From positions 13,240 through 77,239 of the forward strand of contig JAHEIZ010000006.1 of the NCBI GenBank assembly GCA_024639145.1: a stretch of 64,000 nucleotides of DNA, given 5' to 3'. Position numbers and translations under genes: made by a program. This stretch comes from Actinomycetes bacterium. Lineage in GTDB: Bacteria; Actinomycetota; Actinomycetes; S36-B12. The notes beneath the pieces are model-generated. The model saw only the letters and a list, made by a program, of their open reading frames with translations. It had not been told where the DNA came from and made no database searches. Shown piece after piece: positions 1 through 12,687 of the stretch (position 1 is the first letter of the stretch; the number at the start of each line of letters is the position of its first letter).

Positions 1-319
1 CATTCCCCTCGAGATGTGCCCGAGCTCGAATGTGCAGACCGGTGCTGCACCCAGCATTGCCGAGCATCCGATCGGCCTGCTGCGCCGGCTCGGCTTCAGG
101 GTGACCGTGAACACCGACAATCGGTTGATGTCCGGTACCTCGATGACTCGCGAATTCACCCTCCTCAGTGAGGCTTTTGGCTACAGCCTCGACGACATGC
201 AGTGGTTCACGATCAATGCGATGAAGAGCTCGTTCCTGCCCTTTGACGAACGCTTGGAAATCATCAACGAGCGCATCAAGCCGGCTTATGCGGCCCTACG
301 TGCTGAGGTCTCCGGCTAG
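1..319 (+). CDS. add: adenosine deaminase, C-terminal part (5-prime end lies outside the window)
   Basis: The frame is open to the window edge. ...E(M)CPSSN... and [11 protein letters not shown] motifs and a C-terminal region typical of adenosine deaminase. Confidence 0.85.
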   Translation, partial: IPLEMCPSSNVQTGAAPSIAEHPIGLLRRLGFRVTVNTDNRLMSGTSMTREFTLLSEAFGYSLDDMQWFTINAMKSSFLPFDERLEIINERIKPAYAALRAEVSG

Positions 320-1104
320 AGCGTGCTGAGAATTTCGGTCAGCATTCGACCAAGTCGGCCCGCGGAGGCCTGGCCTGCGGCAAGTACCTCGGCATGGTCG
401 AGTGCCTCTCCGGTGATTCCCGCGGCGAAGTTGGTGACGAGGGAAATTCCGAGTACCTCGAGGCCCACGGCACGCGCGGTGATCGTCTCGAGCGCCGTGC
501 TCATGCCAACAAGATCCGCGCCGAGCGTGCGCAGCATGCGAATTTCCGCCGGAGTCTCGTACATCGGTCCGCGAAGCTGCGCGTAGACGCCCTCGGGAGT
601 TGCCGGGAAGTGATGGCGCACCGCCGCCCGAAGGCGTGGGGAATAGGCATCGGTCAAGCTGACGAACTGCGGTCCGGTAAGCGGGGATTCCCCGGTCAGG
701 TTCAGGTGATCGCTGATGAGCACAGCGGTGCCGGGCGTCCAATCGGTGCGAAGCGAGCCCGCGGCATTGGTAAGGATGATCGACCGGACACCGCAGGCAG
801 CCGCCGTCCGCACGGCATGCGTGACGGCATCGATGCCTTGCCCCTCGTACAGGTGGGTGCGCCCCAGGAAGACGAGTACGCGCCGACCGCCGACCTCGAG
901 GCTGCGCAGCCGACTGACCTGGCCGGTGACCGCGGGTGCGGTGAAGTGAGGAATGGAGTCGAGTGAGGTCTCGAAGCTGGGGGAGCCCAGCTCGTCAGCG
1001 GCTGCCGCCCAGCCCGAGCCCAGAACAAGTGCAATGTCGTGCGCGGGTGCGCCACTTCGAGCGGCGATGTCTGTCGCGGCCTCGAAAGCACGCCTGTCGG
1101 GCAT
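316..1104 (-). CDS. punA: purine nucleoside phosphorylase
   Basis: 262 aa with LVLGSGW near the N-terminus and MSTALE...VTNFAAG at the C-terminus, typical of trimeric PNP. There is a 4-nt convergent overlap with the add stop. Confidence 0.85.
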   Translation of the reverse strand: MPDRRAFEAATDIAARSGAPAHDIALVLGSGWAAAADELGSPSFETSLDSIPHFTAPAVTGQVSRLRSLEVGGRRVLVFLGRTHLYEGQGIDAVTHAVRTAAACGVRSIILTNAAGSLRTDWTPGTAVLISDHLNLTGESPLTGPQFVSLTDAYSPRLRAAVRHHFPATPEGVYAQLRGPMYETPAEIRMLRTLGADLVGMSTALETITARAVGLEVLGISLVTNFAAGITGEALDHAEVLAAGQASAGRLGRMLTEILSTL

Positions 1105-2534
1105 CAGCCCTCCGCGTTCACATGCAGCCGACGAGCAGCCTCCGCCACCGAGCCCGACAGGCTGGGGTAGACCGTGAAGGTCGTAGCGAGCTCATCGACA
1201 GTCAGGCGCTGCTCGACCGCGAGAGTCAGTGCATGAATGAGCTCGCTGGCGTTCTCGCTCACGACCACTGCGCCGGCAACCGTGCGCGTGCCGCGACGGC
1301 AGAGGATCTTGACGAAGCCATCGTGCTGGCCTTCCATCTTCGATCGTGCGTTGGTGAAGAGCGGGAGCAGGAAGGCGTCGCCGCGGAAGACGCCGTTGTC
1401 GAGGTCCCGCTGGGTCAGGCCCACGGTCGCGATTTCCGGACTACTGAAAACCGTGCTCGACACGTGGGTCAGCTCGAGCGGAGCGACGGCCTCGCCAAGT
1501 GCGTGCGACATTGCAATGCGCCCCTGCATCGCGGCCACGGAAGCCAGCATCATCACGCCCGTGCAGTCGCCGGCAGCGTAGATGCCGCGCACCGAGGTGC
1601 GCGAGACGCGGTCGACGGAGATGAAGCCGCGGTCGTCAACGGCGACACCAGCATCCTCGAGCCCGAGATCATCAGTATTCGGCAGTGATCCGACTGCCAT
1701 GAGGACGTGCGAGCCGGTCACGATGCGGCCGTCTTCGAGCTCGACTTCGACTCCGGTCTCGGTGCGTCGAGCGGCGATGGCACGGCTATGACTCATCACC
1801 TCGAGGCCGTTGCGGGCATAGACATCCTCGAGTACCTGAGCCGCATCGGGATCCTCGCCGGGCAGCACGCGATCACGGCTGGAGACGAGCACGACGTCGC
1901 AGCCGAGGGCGTGATAGGCGCCCGCGAACTCGGCGCCGGTGACGCCCGAGCCGACGACGATGAGGCGATCGGGGAGTTCGAGGAGGTCGTAGACCTGCTC
2001 CCATGTGAGGATGCGATCTCCGTCGGGAAGGGCAGTTTCCATCACGCGCGGCCGCGCGCCGGTCGCGAGCAGGATGACATCGGCATGTAGTTGGGTCATG
2101 CGACCGGACTCATCGAGGGCCATGACCGAATCCGGACCGGTCAGGCGACCGCGACCGCGAATCACTGAGATCCCCTCGGCGGCCATCTTCTCGGCAATGT
2201 CCTCGCTCTGGGCCGCCGCGAGTGCCTTGATGCGCTCATTGACGACCACGAGGTCGACGCCAATCTGCCCGGCCTCGGGCTCGGTGCCGTTGATGCGGAC
2301 GCCGAGCTCGGCACTGTGCGCGGCGCTGGCGATGACGTTCGACGTGGCAATGAGGGTCTTACTGGGCACGCAGTCGGTGAGGACTGCCGAGCCGCCGAGA
2401 CCATCCCGGTCGATGATCGTGACCTCGGCGCCCGAGGCGCGGGCCACGAGGGCTGCCTCGTATCCGCCGGGGCCGCCGCCGATGATGACCACATGTGCTG
2501 ACTCAGGCTGGCTCACGGTGCCATTGTTCCGCAT
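1104..2534 (-). CDS. lpdA: NAD(P)H-dependent flavoprotein oxidoreductase of the dihydrolipoamide dehydrogenase family (LpdA-like quinone reductase)
   Basis: 476 aa with an N-terminal GGGPGG FAD fold. GGSAVLTDCVPSK has one Cys where classical E3 has CxxxxC, as I recall for mycobacterial LpdA. The stop overlaps the PNP start by 1 nt. Confidence 0.75.
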   Translation of the reverse strand: MRNNGTVSQPESAHVVIIGGGPGGYEAALVARASGAEVTIIDRDGLGGSAVLTDCVPSKTLIATSNVIASAAHSAELGVRINGTEPEAGQIGVDLVVVNERIKALAAAQSEDIAEKMAAEGISVIRGRGRLTGPDSVMALDESGRMTQLHADVILLATGARPRVMETALPDGDRILTWEQVYDLLELPDRLIVVGSGVTGAEFAGAYHALGCDVVLVSSRDRVLPGEDPDAAQVLEDVYARNGLEVMSHSRAIAARRTETGVEVELEDGRIVTGSHVLMAVGSLPNTDDLGLEDAGVAVDDRGFISVDRVSRTSVRGIYAAGDCTGVMMLASVAAMQGRIAMSHALGEAVAPLELTHVSSTVFSSPEIATVGLTQRDLDNGVFRGDAFLLPLFTNARSKMEGQHDGFVKILCRRGTRTVAGAVVVSENASELIHALTLAVEQRLTVDELATTFTVYPSLSGSVAEAARRLHVNAEG

Positions 2535-2577
2535 TCGTCACCGTGAGGCCGCGGCGGAGCCGTGTTAGCGTGGAGAT

Positions 2578-3135
2578 ATGTGGATCTGGATTGTTCTTGC
2601 CCTGATTGTCGTGCTGCTCGTGATCTTCCTGATCGCGACCTACAACAAGTTGGTGCGCGCCAATGTGGCGGTCGATGAGGCCTTCGCGCAGATCGAGGTG
2701 CAACTCAAGCGCCGCAGCGATCTGATCCCCAACCTTGTCAGCACGGTCAAGGGATACGCCGCCCATGAGGCCGGCACGCTGGAGAAGGTCACCCAGGCTC
2801 GGGCCGTGGCCGAGCATGCCAACGGAGTCGCCGAGGTCGCTGCCGCTGACGGCATGCTCACCCAGGCACTGCGCGGGCTGCTGGCGGTAGCAGAGGCCTA
2901 CCCCGACCTGAAGGCGTCAGCCAACTTCCTCTCACTTCAGGAAGAACTCTCAGCCACCGAGAACAAGGTTGCCTTCTCTCGCCAGTTCTACAACGACTCG
3001 GTCCGCAACCTGAACACGATGATCGTGACGATCCCCTCGAAGTTCTTCGTGGGCATGGCCAAGGTGAGCGCTCGCGAGTTCTATGAGGTGCCCGACACGG
3101 CTGATCGCAACGCCCCGACCGTCTCGTTCGAGTAG
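2578..3135 (+). CDS. LemA family membrane protein
   Basis: 185 aa with one N-terminal TM helix followed by YNKLV...VDEAFAQIEVQLKRR...FYN, the LemA signature. Confidence 0.85.
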   Translation: MWIWIVLALIVVLLVIFLIATYNKLVRANVAVDEAFAQIEVQLKRRSDLIPNLVSTVKGYAAHEAGTLEKVTQARAVAEHANGVAEVAAADGMLTQALRGLLAVAEAYPDLKASANFLSLQEELSATENKVAFSRQFYNDSVRNLNTMIVTIPSKFFVGMAKVSAREFYEVPDTADRNAPTVSFE

Positions 3136-3137
3136 CA

Positions 3138-4037
3138 ATGGCGGTCTCCTTTCGGGCCGAGCAGTCGTCGAATAAGCGCAAGACCTGGTTTCTTCTCGGC
3201 GCGATGTTCGTCGCTGTCGTGGCAATGGTCTGGGCCGCCGGCACCCTTCTCAACTTCAATGCCTACCTGCTCGTACCGATTGCTGTCGGCATATCGCTGA
3301 TCGGCGTCTGGACGAGTTACTGGAAGTCCGATTCGCTCGTACTCGCCATGACCCAGGCGAAGGTGATCTCGCATGAGGACGCTCCTCAGCTCTACAACCT
3401 GGTCGAGGAAGTCTGCATCGCTGCCGGCCTGCCGATGCCCAAGGTGGCGATCGTGCAGGATCCCGCCCCGAATGCTTTCGCTACAGGTCGCGATCCCGAG
3501 CATGCGGTGATCGCCTTCACGACCGGCATCCTCGAGAAGATGGATCGCGAGCAACTACAGGGCGTGGCCGCGCACGAAATGGCGCATGTCGGCAATCGCG
3601 ACACCCTGGTGATGGCCGTGGCTGCGACGACCGCGGGCCTGCTGGCGATCCTCGCTGACATGGGGGCTCGCATGGCGTTCTTCTCGCGGCGCGACAATGA
3701 CAGCAACCCGGTGGCCATGGTGGTGTCTCTCGTGATCATCATCCTGGCTCCGATTGCCGCACTTCTTCTTCGCGCAGCCATCTCGCGAAAGCGTGAGGCG
3801 CTCGCTGATGCCACGGCCGTGCAGTTCACGCGAAACCCCACCGGGCTGCGTCGCGCACTCGAGACCCTCGCTGCTGACTCGACAGTCGTGCACCAGAAGT
3901 CGACCGCCGTGGCTCATGTCTGGATCGAGTCGCCACTCGACGGCAAGTCGAAATCCATGTTCGACACCCATCCGCCGTTGGCCGACCGAATCGCACTGCT
4001 GCGCCAGATGGAAGGCGCACCGCCCGCTGCTGAGTAA
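3138..4037 (+). CDS. htpX: M48-family zinc metalloprotease, HtpX-like
   Basis: 299 aa, multi-TM, with an HEMAH zinc motif (AAHEMAHVGNRD). It starts 3 nt after the LemA stop. Confidence 0.85.
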   Translation: MAVSFRAEQSSNKRKTWFLLGAMFVAVVAMVWAAGTLLNFNAYLLVPIAVGISLIGVWTSYWKSDSLVLAMTQAKVISHEDAPQLYNLVEEVCIAAGLPMPKVAIVQDPAPNAFATGRDPEHAVIAFTTGILEKMDREQLQGVAAHEMAHVGNRDTLVMAVAATTAGLLAILADMGARMAFFSRRDNDSNPVAMVVSLVIIILAPIAALLLRAAISRKREALADATAVQFTRNPTGLRRALETLAADSTVVHQKSTAVAHVWIESPLDGKSKSMFDTHPPLADRIALLRQMEGAPPAAE

Positions 4038-4042
4038 GTGAA

Positions 4043-4088
4043 ACATCAGAAGGGCCGGTACCCACGCGGATACCGGCCCTTCTGATGT
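4043..4088. terminator. bidirectional hairpin terminator between convergent htpX and accA
   Basis: Perfect 18-bp inverted repeat ACATCAGAAGGGCCGGTA / TACCGGCCCTTCTGATGT with a 10-nt loop, located between two convergent stop codons. Confidence 0.7.
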
Positions 4089-4097
4089 GGTGAAGCC

Positions 4098-4130
4098 TTA
4101 GTCCTTGATCTCACGAGATCAAGGTCGAGA

Positions 4131-4146
<16 letters not shown>
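4098..4146. repeat. nested palindromic repeat built on GAGATCAAGG, overlapping the accA stop codon
   Basis: CCTTGATCTC at 4103-4112 and 4136-4145, GAGATCAAGG at 4115-4124, and partial GAGATCAA at 4127-4134. Four GATC sites fall within about 40 nt. Confidence 0.8.
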
Positions 4147-5891
<1,745 letters not shown>

Positions 5892-6000
5892 GGGGCTCCT
5901 TCTTTCGGGACCGGATTCTCATCCGGCAGTGCAGTTTATTGAGTAATTGCAGGGTCAGGGGCTCAGATGATCGGCCGGAGAGGGCCGCCTTCTGTGAAGA

Positions 6001-6600
6001 TCACCACAGGCTGGGCCAGGCCACGCCCAAGCGGGTGAGCATCGAGCGCAGCAGGGGCAGCGACAGGCCGATCACGTTGGAGGGATCCCCGTCGATCCGT
6101 TCGACGAAGGGCGCGCCCAGTCCGTCGAGGGTGAAGCCGCCGGCTACCTGCAAGGGCTCGCCAGTGGCGATGTAGGCATCGATCTCGGCATCGGTGAGCA
6201 CGCCGTGCACGACGGTCGTACTGGCAACCTCGCCGAGCTGCTGCTCGCCCCGGATCACCCAGTGCCCGGTGCGCAGGATTCCCGAGCGACCCGACATCAA
6301 CTGCCAGCGGCTCCGCGCCGTTGCTGCATCCTCGGGTTTGCCATAGGCGACACCGTCGATCTCGAGAACTGAATCGCAGCCGATCACGATCATGTCCGGG
6401 TCGCTCTCGAATTCTGCCGCGACGGCGAGCGCCTTCGCCCTCGCGAGTTCCAGGCACAGGTCAGCGGGGGAGGCGTCAGGCATCGCAATCTCGATGGCCC
6501 TCTCATCGACATCGCTCACGCGGATCACCGGCGTGACACCGGCATCGGTGAGCAGCCGCTTGCGCGCAGGCGAGGCGGAGGCGAGGACAAGTGTGGGCAT
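6001..6600 (-). CDS. maf: Maf-like nucleoside triphosphate pyrophosphatase
   Basis: LVLASASPARKRLL N-terminal motif. The start was trimmed to the ATG at 6600 (M29 of the track ORF), which leaves 2 nt to the accE stop. Confidence 0.85.
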   Translation of the reverse strand: MPTLVLASASPARKRLLTDAGVTPVIRVSDVDERAIEIAMPDASPADLCLELARAKALAVAAEFESDPDMIVIGCDSVLEIDGVAYGKPEDAATARSRWQLMSGRSGILRTGHWVIRGEQQLGEVASTTVVHGVLTDAEIDAYIATGEPLQVAGGFTLDGLGAPFVERIDGDPSNVIGLSLPLLRSMLTRLGVAWPSLW

Positions 6601-6602
6601 GT

Positions 6603-6824
6603 CTAGCGAGGCATGCTCGAGGCGCGCCACGAGCCGAATCCCGCGCCGAGCGAGGGCCTGGTCTGACGGCCCTTGCTGGCCCACAGGCTCAGACGCTTCG
6701 GCTCGCTCGGCTTGCTCGCGCCCGCGCGTGCCGACACGAGAGCGATGACGATCGCGAGTTCCTCGGGTGTCGGATCGCCGGAGACAACGCGAAGCAGTGG
6801 CTGCGAATTCTCGTTCTCTGCCAT
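6603..6824 (-). CDS. accE: acyl-CoA carboxylase epsilon subunit
   Basis: 73 aa with LRVVSGDPTPEELAIV..., typical of the epsilon subunit. It lies directly downstream of the carboxyltransferase gene. Confidence 0.75.
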   Translation of the reverse strand: MAENENSQPLLRVVSGDPTPEELAIVIALVSARAGASKPSEPKRLSLWASKGRQTRPSLGAGFGSWRASSMPR

Positions 6825-6837
6825 GTAAGTCTCCCGC

Positions 6838-8433
6838 CTACAGCGGGATGTTCCCGTGCTTCTTCGGCGGACGCGACTCGCGCTTATTGCGCAGCGCGCG
6901 CAATGCGCGGGTGACCATGCCGCGAGTCTCGTGCGGCAAGATCACGCGATCGATGTAGCCGCGCTCGGCTGCCATGTACGGGTTTGCCAGAGTGTCCTGG
7001 TACTCGTCGAGAAGGCGAACGCGCTCGGCATCGGGATCACCTGATGCCGCAAGCTCCTTGCGGTACAGGATGTTGACGGCACCCTGGCCGCCCATGACGG
7101 CGATCTCGGCAGTGGGCCAGGCGAGATTGATATCAGCGCCGAGGTGCTTGGAGCCCATGACGTCATACGCGCCGCCGTAGGCCTTACGCGTGATGACCGT
7201 GACCAGGGGGACGGTGGCCTCGGCGTACGCGTAGATCAGCTTCGCGCCGCGGCGGATGATGCCGTTCCACTCCTGGTCGGTGCCGGGCAAGAAGCCGGGA
7301 ACGTCGACCAGGGTGAGCACGGGGATGTTGAACGCATCGCAGGTGCGCACGAAGCGTGCGGCCTTCTCGGAGGCGTCGATGTCGAGCGTGCCGGCAAACT
7401 GCATCGGCTGATTGGCGACGATGCCCACGGAGCGGCCCTCGATACGACCGAAGCCGCAGATGATGTTCGGTGCGAACAGCGGCTGGGTCTCGAGGAACTC
7501 GTCGTCGTCGAGTAGGTGCTCGATCACGCGGTGCATGTCGTAGGGCTGGTTGGGGGAATCGGGAACCAGCGTGTCGAGCTCGAGATCCTCGTCATTGATG
7601 TCGAGATCTGACTCGACGTCGAAGACCGGCGGCTCCTCGAGGTTGTTGCTCGGCAGGTAGGAGAGAAGCGCGCGTAGGTACTCGAAGGCGTCCTCCTCAT
7701 CGGCTGCCATGTAGTGGGCGACGCCGTTCTTGGAGTTGTGCGTGCGTGCGCCGCCGAGCTCCTCGAACTCGACGTCCTCACCGGTCACGCTCTTGATGAC
7801 CTCAGGACCGGTGATGAACATATGCGAGGTCTTGTCGACCATCACGATGAAGTCGGTGATGGCGGGGGAGTAGACCGCGCCGCCTGCGCACGGGCCGAGG
7901 ATCAGTGAGATCTGCGGGATCACGCCCGAAGCCTGCACATTGCGGCGGAAGATCTCGCCGTACTGAGCGAGGGAGACCACGCCTTCTTGGATGCGAGCGC
8001 CGCCCGAGTCGTTCAGGCCGATAACCGGGCAGCCGGTCTTCATGGCGAAGTCCATGACCTTGACGATCTTCTCTCCGAAGACCTCGCCGAGGGATCCGCC
8101 GAAGACAGTGAAGTCCTGGGCGAACACGGCGACAGGGCGACCGTCGATGGTGCCGTAGCCGGTGATGACGCCGTCGCCGAAGGGGCGGTTCTTCTCTAGG
8201 CCGAAATTATGCGAGCGGTGACGAGCGAGGCCGTCGAGCTGCTGGAAGGACTCCGGATCAAGCAGGGCGTCGATGCGCTCCATTGCCGTCAGCTTGCCCT
8301 TGGCATGCTGCTTGTCGATCGAATCGGCTCGACGGTTCTGCGCTTCGGCGCGGCGGGCCTTCAGGACCTCCGCCTTGCCCTTGGTCGAGCGCTTGTCGAT
8401 CGCCGGGGTGTTCTCGTGTGCTGCCGCAGTCAT
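6838..8433 (-). CDS. accD: acyl-CoA carboxylase beta subunit (carboxyltransferase, propionyl/acetyl-CoA)
   Basis: 531 aa with full-length similarity to the PccB/AccD5 type ([10 protein letters not shown], ...GGAYDVM...). Confidence 0.92.
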   Translation of the reverse strand: MTAAAHENTPAIDKRSTKGKAEVLKARRAEAQNRRADSIDKQHAKGKLTAMERIDALLDPESFQQLDGLARHRSHNFGLEKNRPFGDGVITGYGTIDGRPVAVFAQDFTVFGGSLGEVFGEKIVKVMDFAMKTGCPVIGLNDSGGARIQEGVVSLAQYGEIFRRNVQASGVIPQISLILGPCAGGAVYSPAITDFIVMVDKTSHMFITGPEVIKSVTGEDVEFEELGGARTHNSKNGVAHYMAADEEDAFEYLRALLSYLPSNNLEEPPVFDVESDLDINDEDLELDTLVPDSPNQPYDMHRVIEHLLDDDEFLETQPLFAPNIICGFGRIEGRSVGIVANQPMQFAGTLDIDASEKAARFVRTCDAFNIPVLTLVDVPGFLPGTDQEWNGIIRRGAKLIYAYAEATVPLVTVITRKAYGGAYDVMGSKHLGADINLAWPTAEIAVMGGQGAVNILYRKELAASGDPDAERVRLLDEYQDTLANPYMAAERGYIDRVILPHETRGMVTRALRALRNKRESRPPKKHGNIPL

Positions 8434-8465
8434 AGGGGCCTCCTCGCCTGGGCTACCTTAGCCAG

Positions 8466-9257
8466 GTGACGACCCCGAGTTCTCGGTTACCGCTTTCCGC
8501 CGAGCGAATTGAGTTACTCCTCACACTTTCAAGTAACTCATGGTCCGCCCCGGAGCTGCTCGACGAGGTGGATTCCACGAATCGTCTCCTGGCCGAGCGT
8601 CCGGATTCCCCTGAGGGCACCACGATCGTGGCCGAGATCCAGACAGCCGGCCGAGGCAGACTCGGTCGCACCTGGGAGAGCCCGTGGGGCTCAGGTGTGT
8701 GGATGTCCGTGCTTGTTCACCCCGCAGACCAGCCCCGCGCCTCCTGGGCTTGGCTCCCGTTGGTCACCGCCCTGGCCGTGCGCGATGCCCTGGCCCTGGC
8801 CTGCGACCTCGACTGCGGGCTGAAGTGGCCAAATGACCTGGTCAGCGGGGGTGACCAGGTGCGCAAGCTCGGCGGGATCCTGGTCGAGGTGGTCGGCGCG
8901 GACGCCGTGATCCTGGGAATCGGCATCAACATGAGCCTGCTGAGCGAGGAATTACCGACCCCCGCGGCGACCTCGGTCCTGCGTGAGGGGGGCACGCCTG
9001 ATCGGGAGGCCTTCATCGTGGCTCTCCAGGGCACCCTCGAGTCGCGGCTGCGCCAGTGGCGCTCGGGCCAGCCACCGTTGGCTGACTACCGATCCGCCTG
9101 CGTGACGATTGGTCGCCAGGTCAGTGTCCGGCTCCCTGACGGATCCGAGCTCGTGGGCCTGGCCGAGGGCGTCGCCGACGACGGGCGCCTGATGGTGCGC
9201 GAGGGCGCGAACACGGTCATCGTCGCCGCGGGCGACGTTATCCATGCAACGATCTGA
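8466..9257 (+). CDS. birA: biotin-[acetyl-CoA-carboxylase] ligase, group I (no N-terminal HTH)
   Basis: 263 aa with a QTAGRGRLGRTW motif. It is divergent from accD with only a 32-bp gap. Confidence 0.85.
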   Translation: MTTPSSRLPLSAERIELLLTLSSNSWSAPELLDEVDSTNRLLAERPDSPEGTTIVAEIQTAGRGRLGRTWESPWGSGVWMSVLVHPADQPRASWAWLPLVTALAVRDALALACDLDCGLKWPNDLVSGGDQVRKLGGILVEVVGADAVILGIGINMSLLSEELPTPAATSVLREGGTPDREAFIVALQGTLESRLRQWRSGQPPLADYRSACVTIGRQVSVRLPDGSELVGLAEGVADDGRLMVREGANTVIVAAGDVIHATI

Positions 9258-9259
9258 CC

Positions 9260-9796
9260 ATGGCCTACCCCACGAAGCTGCTGTCGCCCGACGAGACCAT
9301 CAAGTTCGAGACCAAGCCGCACTGGCGCGCACTCATTGCTCCTGCTGTCGTGCTCATCTTCACGGTCTTCGGATTCGCCCTGCTCTTCACCTGGGCGGTG
9401 AGTCAGAGCGACTGGCTCAGCTGGCTACGGTGGCCGATTCTCGTCGGAGCCATCCTCATTCTCGTCCTCTGGGCTATCGGTCCGTTCCTGCGCTGGCTCA
9501 CCACCGACTACGTGTTCACTGACCGGCGGGTGATCACTCGCATGGGAATCATCTCCAAGCGTGGGCGCGATGTTCCCCTCTCGAAGATCAACAACGTGTC
9601 CTTTGTCGTTCCCGCCCTGGGCCGGCTGCTCAATTACGGCGAGCTGCAGATCCAGTCGGCTGGCGAGAATGAGGGCCTGACTATTCGCGACGTGCCGAAT
9701 GTCGAGGAGATTCAGCGCGACGTGTACCAGTTCATCGAGTCCGATGATGCCCGTCGGCGCACCGGCGGCTCCTCCCCGCTCACTGACGGCTCCTGA
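9260..9796 (+). CDS. PH-domain (bPH_2/YdbT-like) membrane protein
   Basis: 178 aa with two TM helices followed by YVFTDRRVITRMGIISKRGRDVPLSKINNV, typical of bacterial PH domains. Confidence 0.7.
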   Translation: MAYPTKLLSPDETIKFETKPHWRALIAPAVVLIFTVFGFALLFTWAVSQSDWLSWLRWPILVGAILILVLWAIGPFLRWLTTDYVFTDRRVITRMGIISKRGRDVPLSKINNVSFVVPALGRLLNYGELQIQSAGENEGLTIRDVPNVEEIQRDVYQFIESDDARRRTGGSSPLTDGS

Positions 9797-9824
9797 TCTC
9801 GCACGCTGCCGATAGCCTTGGCAG

Positions 9825-10985
9825 GTGAGCGAACAGCCTGATCCCGCCCCTCGCGTCGGCATGGTCGGCGGTGGCCAGTTGGCTCGCATGTCGGCCGCAC
9901 CAGCGGCGGCACTTGGCATCGGATTCAGGGTTCTCGCCGCCTCCGCAGGGGAGTCAGCGGCGCAGGTGGTCAATGACGTCTATCTCGGCTCCCATGACTC
10001 CATCGATGACCTGAAGGCCTTCGCGCGCGGGCTCGATGTGATCACCTTCGATCATGAGCACGTCCCGCCCGCGTACCTCGAGCAGCTCGAAGCATTGGGT
10101 GTGGCAGTTCGACCCGGACCCTCGGCCCTGTTCCACGCGCAGGACAAATTACACATGCGCCGCGCGCTCAGTGATGCGGGCATCCCGTGCCCTGCATGGG
10201 CGGAAGTTCAGGACTTGCGAGGCGTCGCTGACTTCGCCGAAGTTGTCGGCTGGCCGATGGTGCTCAAGACCTCGCGTGGCGGATACGACGGCAAGGGCGT
10301 GTGGGTCGTCCATTCCCTCGACGAAGCCGAGAAGGTCATCTCGCTTCCACTTCCGGCAGGTGCTGCATGGCTTGCCGAGCAGTGCATCGATTTCGTGCAG
10401 GAGCTCTCAGCGCAGGTCGCACGCTCACCGCATGGCCAGGCCGTGGCGTACCCGATCGTGCGCACCGTGCAGGCCAATGGCATCTGTGCTGAAGTCATCG
10501 CCCCGGCTCCAGGGCTGCCCAATGAGCGCGCGGTGCAAGCCCAGCGCATCGCACTTCAGATCGCGCAGGACCTCAATGTCACCGGCATGCTCGCCGTCGA
10601 GCTGTTCGACGATGGCTACGACCTCTTTGTCAACGAGCTCGCGATGCGTCCGCACAATTCGGGCCACTGGAGCATCGAGGGTGCGGTCACGAGTCAGTTC
10701 GAGAATCACCTGCGCGCGGTGCTCGACCTTCCTCTGGGCAGCCCCGCGCTCAAGGCGCAGCATGCAGTGATGGTGAACATCCTCGGCGGCGACGTCGGCG
10801 ATCTCTACTCGGCGTACAAGCACGTCATGGCGCGCGATCCCGGGCTGAAGGTGCACCTGTATGGCAAGGCCGTGCGCCCTGGCCGCAAGGTCGGGCACGT
10901 CACCGTGCTGGGCAATGACCTCGATGACCTGCTGGCCAGGGGCCGTCACGCGGCCGATTACTTCTCGGGCAGAATTGACGAATAG
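9825..10985 (+). CDS. purK: 5-(carboxyamino)imidazole ribonucleotide synthase
   Basis: 386 aa ATP-grasp protein (GGGQLARM..., YDGKGVW..., [13 protein letters not shown]). Confidence 0.92.
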   Translation: MSEQPDPAPRVGMVGGGQLARMSAAPAAALGIGFRVLAASAGESAAQVVNDVYLGSHDSIDDLKAFARGLDVITFDHEHVPPAYLEQLEALGVAVRPGPSALFHAQDKLHMRRALSDAGIPCPAWAEVQDLRGVADFAEVVGWPMVLKTSRGGYDGKGVWVVHSLDEAEKVISLPLPAGAAWLAEQCIDFVQELSAQVARSPHGQAVAYPIVRTVQANGICAEVIAPAPGLPNERAVQAQRIALQIAQDLNVTGMLAVELFDDGYDLFVNELAMRPHNSGHWSIEGAVTSQFENHLRAVLDLPLGSPALKAQHAVMVNILGGDVGDLYSAYKHVMARDPGLKVHLYGKAVRPGRKVGHVTVLGNDLDDLLARGRHAADYFSGRIDE

Positions 10986-11004
10986 TCATCCGACAGGAGA
11001 TTCC

Positions 11005-11514
11005 ATGAGTGGCACCACCTCATCAGCCGGAGCACCCCTCGTCGGCATCGTCATGGGCAGTGACTCTGACTGGCCGGTCATGCAGGCAGCGGCAGCCGCG
11101 CTCGAGGAATTCGGAGTGAGCTTCGAGGTGGGCGTGGTCTCCGCGCATCGCATGCCGCAGGAGATGGTCGACTACGGCACGTCGGCCGTAGCTCGCGGTC
11201 TCAAGGTCATCATCGCCGGTGCCGGTGGTGCCGCGCACCTGCCGGGCATGCTCGCCTCGCTGACTCCGATTCCGGTCATCGGCGTGCCCGTGGCGGTCGG
11301 CACTCTCGACGGCATGGATTCCCTGCTGTCGATCGTGCAGATGCCTGCCGGTGTTCCCGTCGCGACTGTCGCCATCGGCAATGCCCGCAATGCCGGGCTT
11401 CTGGCCGCGCGCATCCTCGGCGTGGCTGACGAGGAACTTCGCGACGCCATGGTCACCTTCCAGGGTGATCTCAATGCGGCGGCAAAGGCCAAGGGCCAGA
11501 ACCTCGCGCGCTAG
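11005..11514 (+). CDS. purE: 5-(carboxyamino)imidazole ribonucleotide mutase
   Basis: [14 protein letters not shown] and SAHRMP motifs. The start was trimmed to the ATG at 11005, preceded by GGAGA. Confidence 0.93.
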   Translation: MSGTTSSAGAPLVGIVMGSDSDWPVMQAAAAALEEFGVSFEVGVVSAHRMPQEMVDYGTSAVARGLKVIIAGAGGAAHLPGMLASLTPIPVIGVPVAVGTLDGMDSLLSIVQMPAGVPVATVAIGNARNAGLLAARILGVADEELRDAMVTFQGDLNAAAKAKGQNLAR

Positions 11515-11520
11515 GCAACA

Positions 11521-12687
11521 GTGATGAAGCCACCTGTACTTCGCGCCGTGACGAACGACGAACACGGCGTTCGCGTGAGCTGGTTCGAGCTCTTCTACGA
11601 CCTAGTTGTGGTCGCGAGCGTCAGTCACGGAAGTCATCTCTACGGCGAGCATCCCACCTGGACGATGGGCACCTGGCTCGCAGCGAGCCTCGTCATGCTG
11701 ATGACCTTCTGGATGCTCACGATCGTCAGTCATAACCTCTACCCGGGTGATGGAATCCTGCGTCGCTTCCTCATCATCGTGCAGATGGTGGCGCTCGTGG
11801 TCGCCTCACTGTCCTTGGGTCGCGGTGATGAGGGGCTTCCTGACTCCATCGGCTTCGCGGCGCTGGCCATTGCCTTCGTGTCCATTGCCCTGCTCTACTG
11901 GAGCTGCGGACGAAAGTTTGAAGTGCCATCCTCGGCAGCTCGCGTGATCACGCCGTCCTGCTTTCTCGCGGCCGCGGTGATGCTGGCGGGCGTGTTCGTC
12001 CCGACGAATGGGGGCGTGCTCTCCAATCCGATCACCTGGGTCTTCGCCATCGGAATGCTCTGCGGAATCGTTCCCCTGCTCTTCATGGTGCTCAATCACC
12101 GCACGACCTTCGCGCAGATCAACGCGGAGCATCTCAGCGAGCGCATGGGTCAGCTCGTGCTGATCGTGCTGGGCGAGTCATTCGTGAGCCTGATCTTCAG
12201 TCTCAGTGGCGTGTCCCGGATCCCGAACCCCCTGTACTTCATCGTCGACTTCATCGTCGTTCTCTCGATCTGGACCCAGTACTTCACCGGCGTCGTGCCC
12301 GCGGGAGTTCCTGCCACGGCAGCGCGTGTGCGCCTCTGGCTCCTGCTCCACGTGATCTTCATCTTCGGGGCTATCGCCACGGCCGGTGGCTTTGCTGCCC
12401 TGACCCTCATCCCCTTCGGTGAAGCACCCACGTCGCAGAGCTTCTGGACCCCGCTGCCGCTCTTTTACGTGATGTTCGGGCTCCTGGGGTTGTCGATTCT
12501 CAGCCGTCGTCCGCGATCAGCGTGGTTGAGCGAGGCCATCATCGTGCTCCTGCTTGCCGCGCTCTCGGTGCTGGCCCTGTGGGTTATCCCCGACCAAGCC
12601 CGATGGCTGACCCTGGTAGGCGCTGCGCTCGTGATCGTTGATGCGGCCATCAGCGTGGCACCCGTCAGGCGACGAGTCTTCGCCTAA
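11521..12687 (+). CDS. low-temperature-requirement A (LtrA)-like integral membrane protein
   Basis: 388 aa with about 10 TM helices and an N-terminal VSWFELFYDLVVVASV motif characteristic of the LtrA family. Confidence 0.75.
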   Translation: MMKPPVLRAVTNDEHGVRVSWFELFYDLVVVASVSHGSHLYGEHPTWTMGTWLAASLVMLMTFWMLTIVSHNLYPGDGILRRFLIIVQMVALVVASLSLGRGDEGLPDSIGFAALAIAFVSIALLYWSCGRKFEVPSSAARVITPSCFLAAAVMLAGVFVPTNGGVLSNPITWVFAIGMLCGIVPLLFMVLNHRTTFAQINAEHLSERMGQLVLIVLGESFVSLIFSLSGVSRIPNPLYFIVDFIVVLSIWTQYFTGVVPAGVPATAARVRLWLLLHVIFIFGAIATAGGFAALTLIPFGEAPTSQSFWTPLPLFYVMFGLLGLSILSRRPRSAWLSEAIIVLLLAALSVLALWVIPDQARWLTLVGAALVIVDAAISVAPVRRRVFA

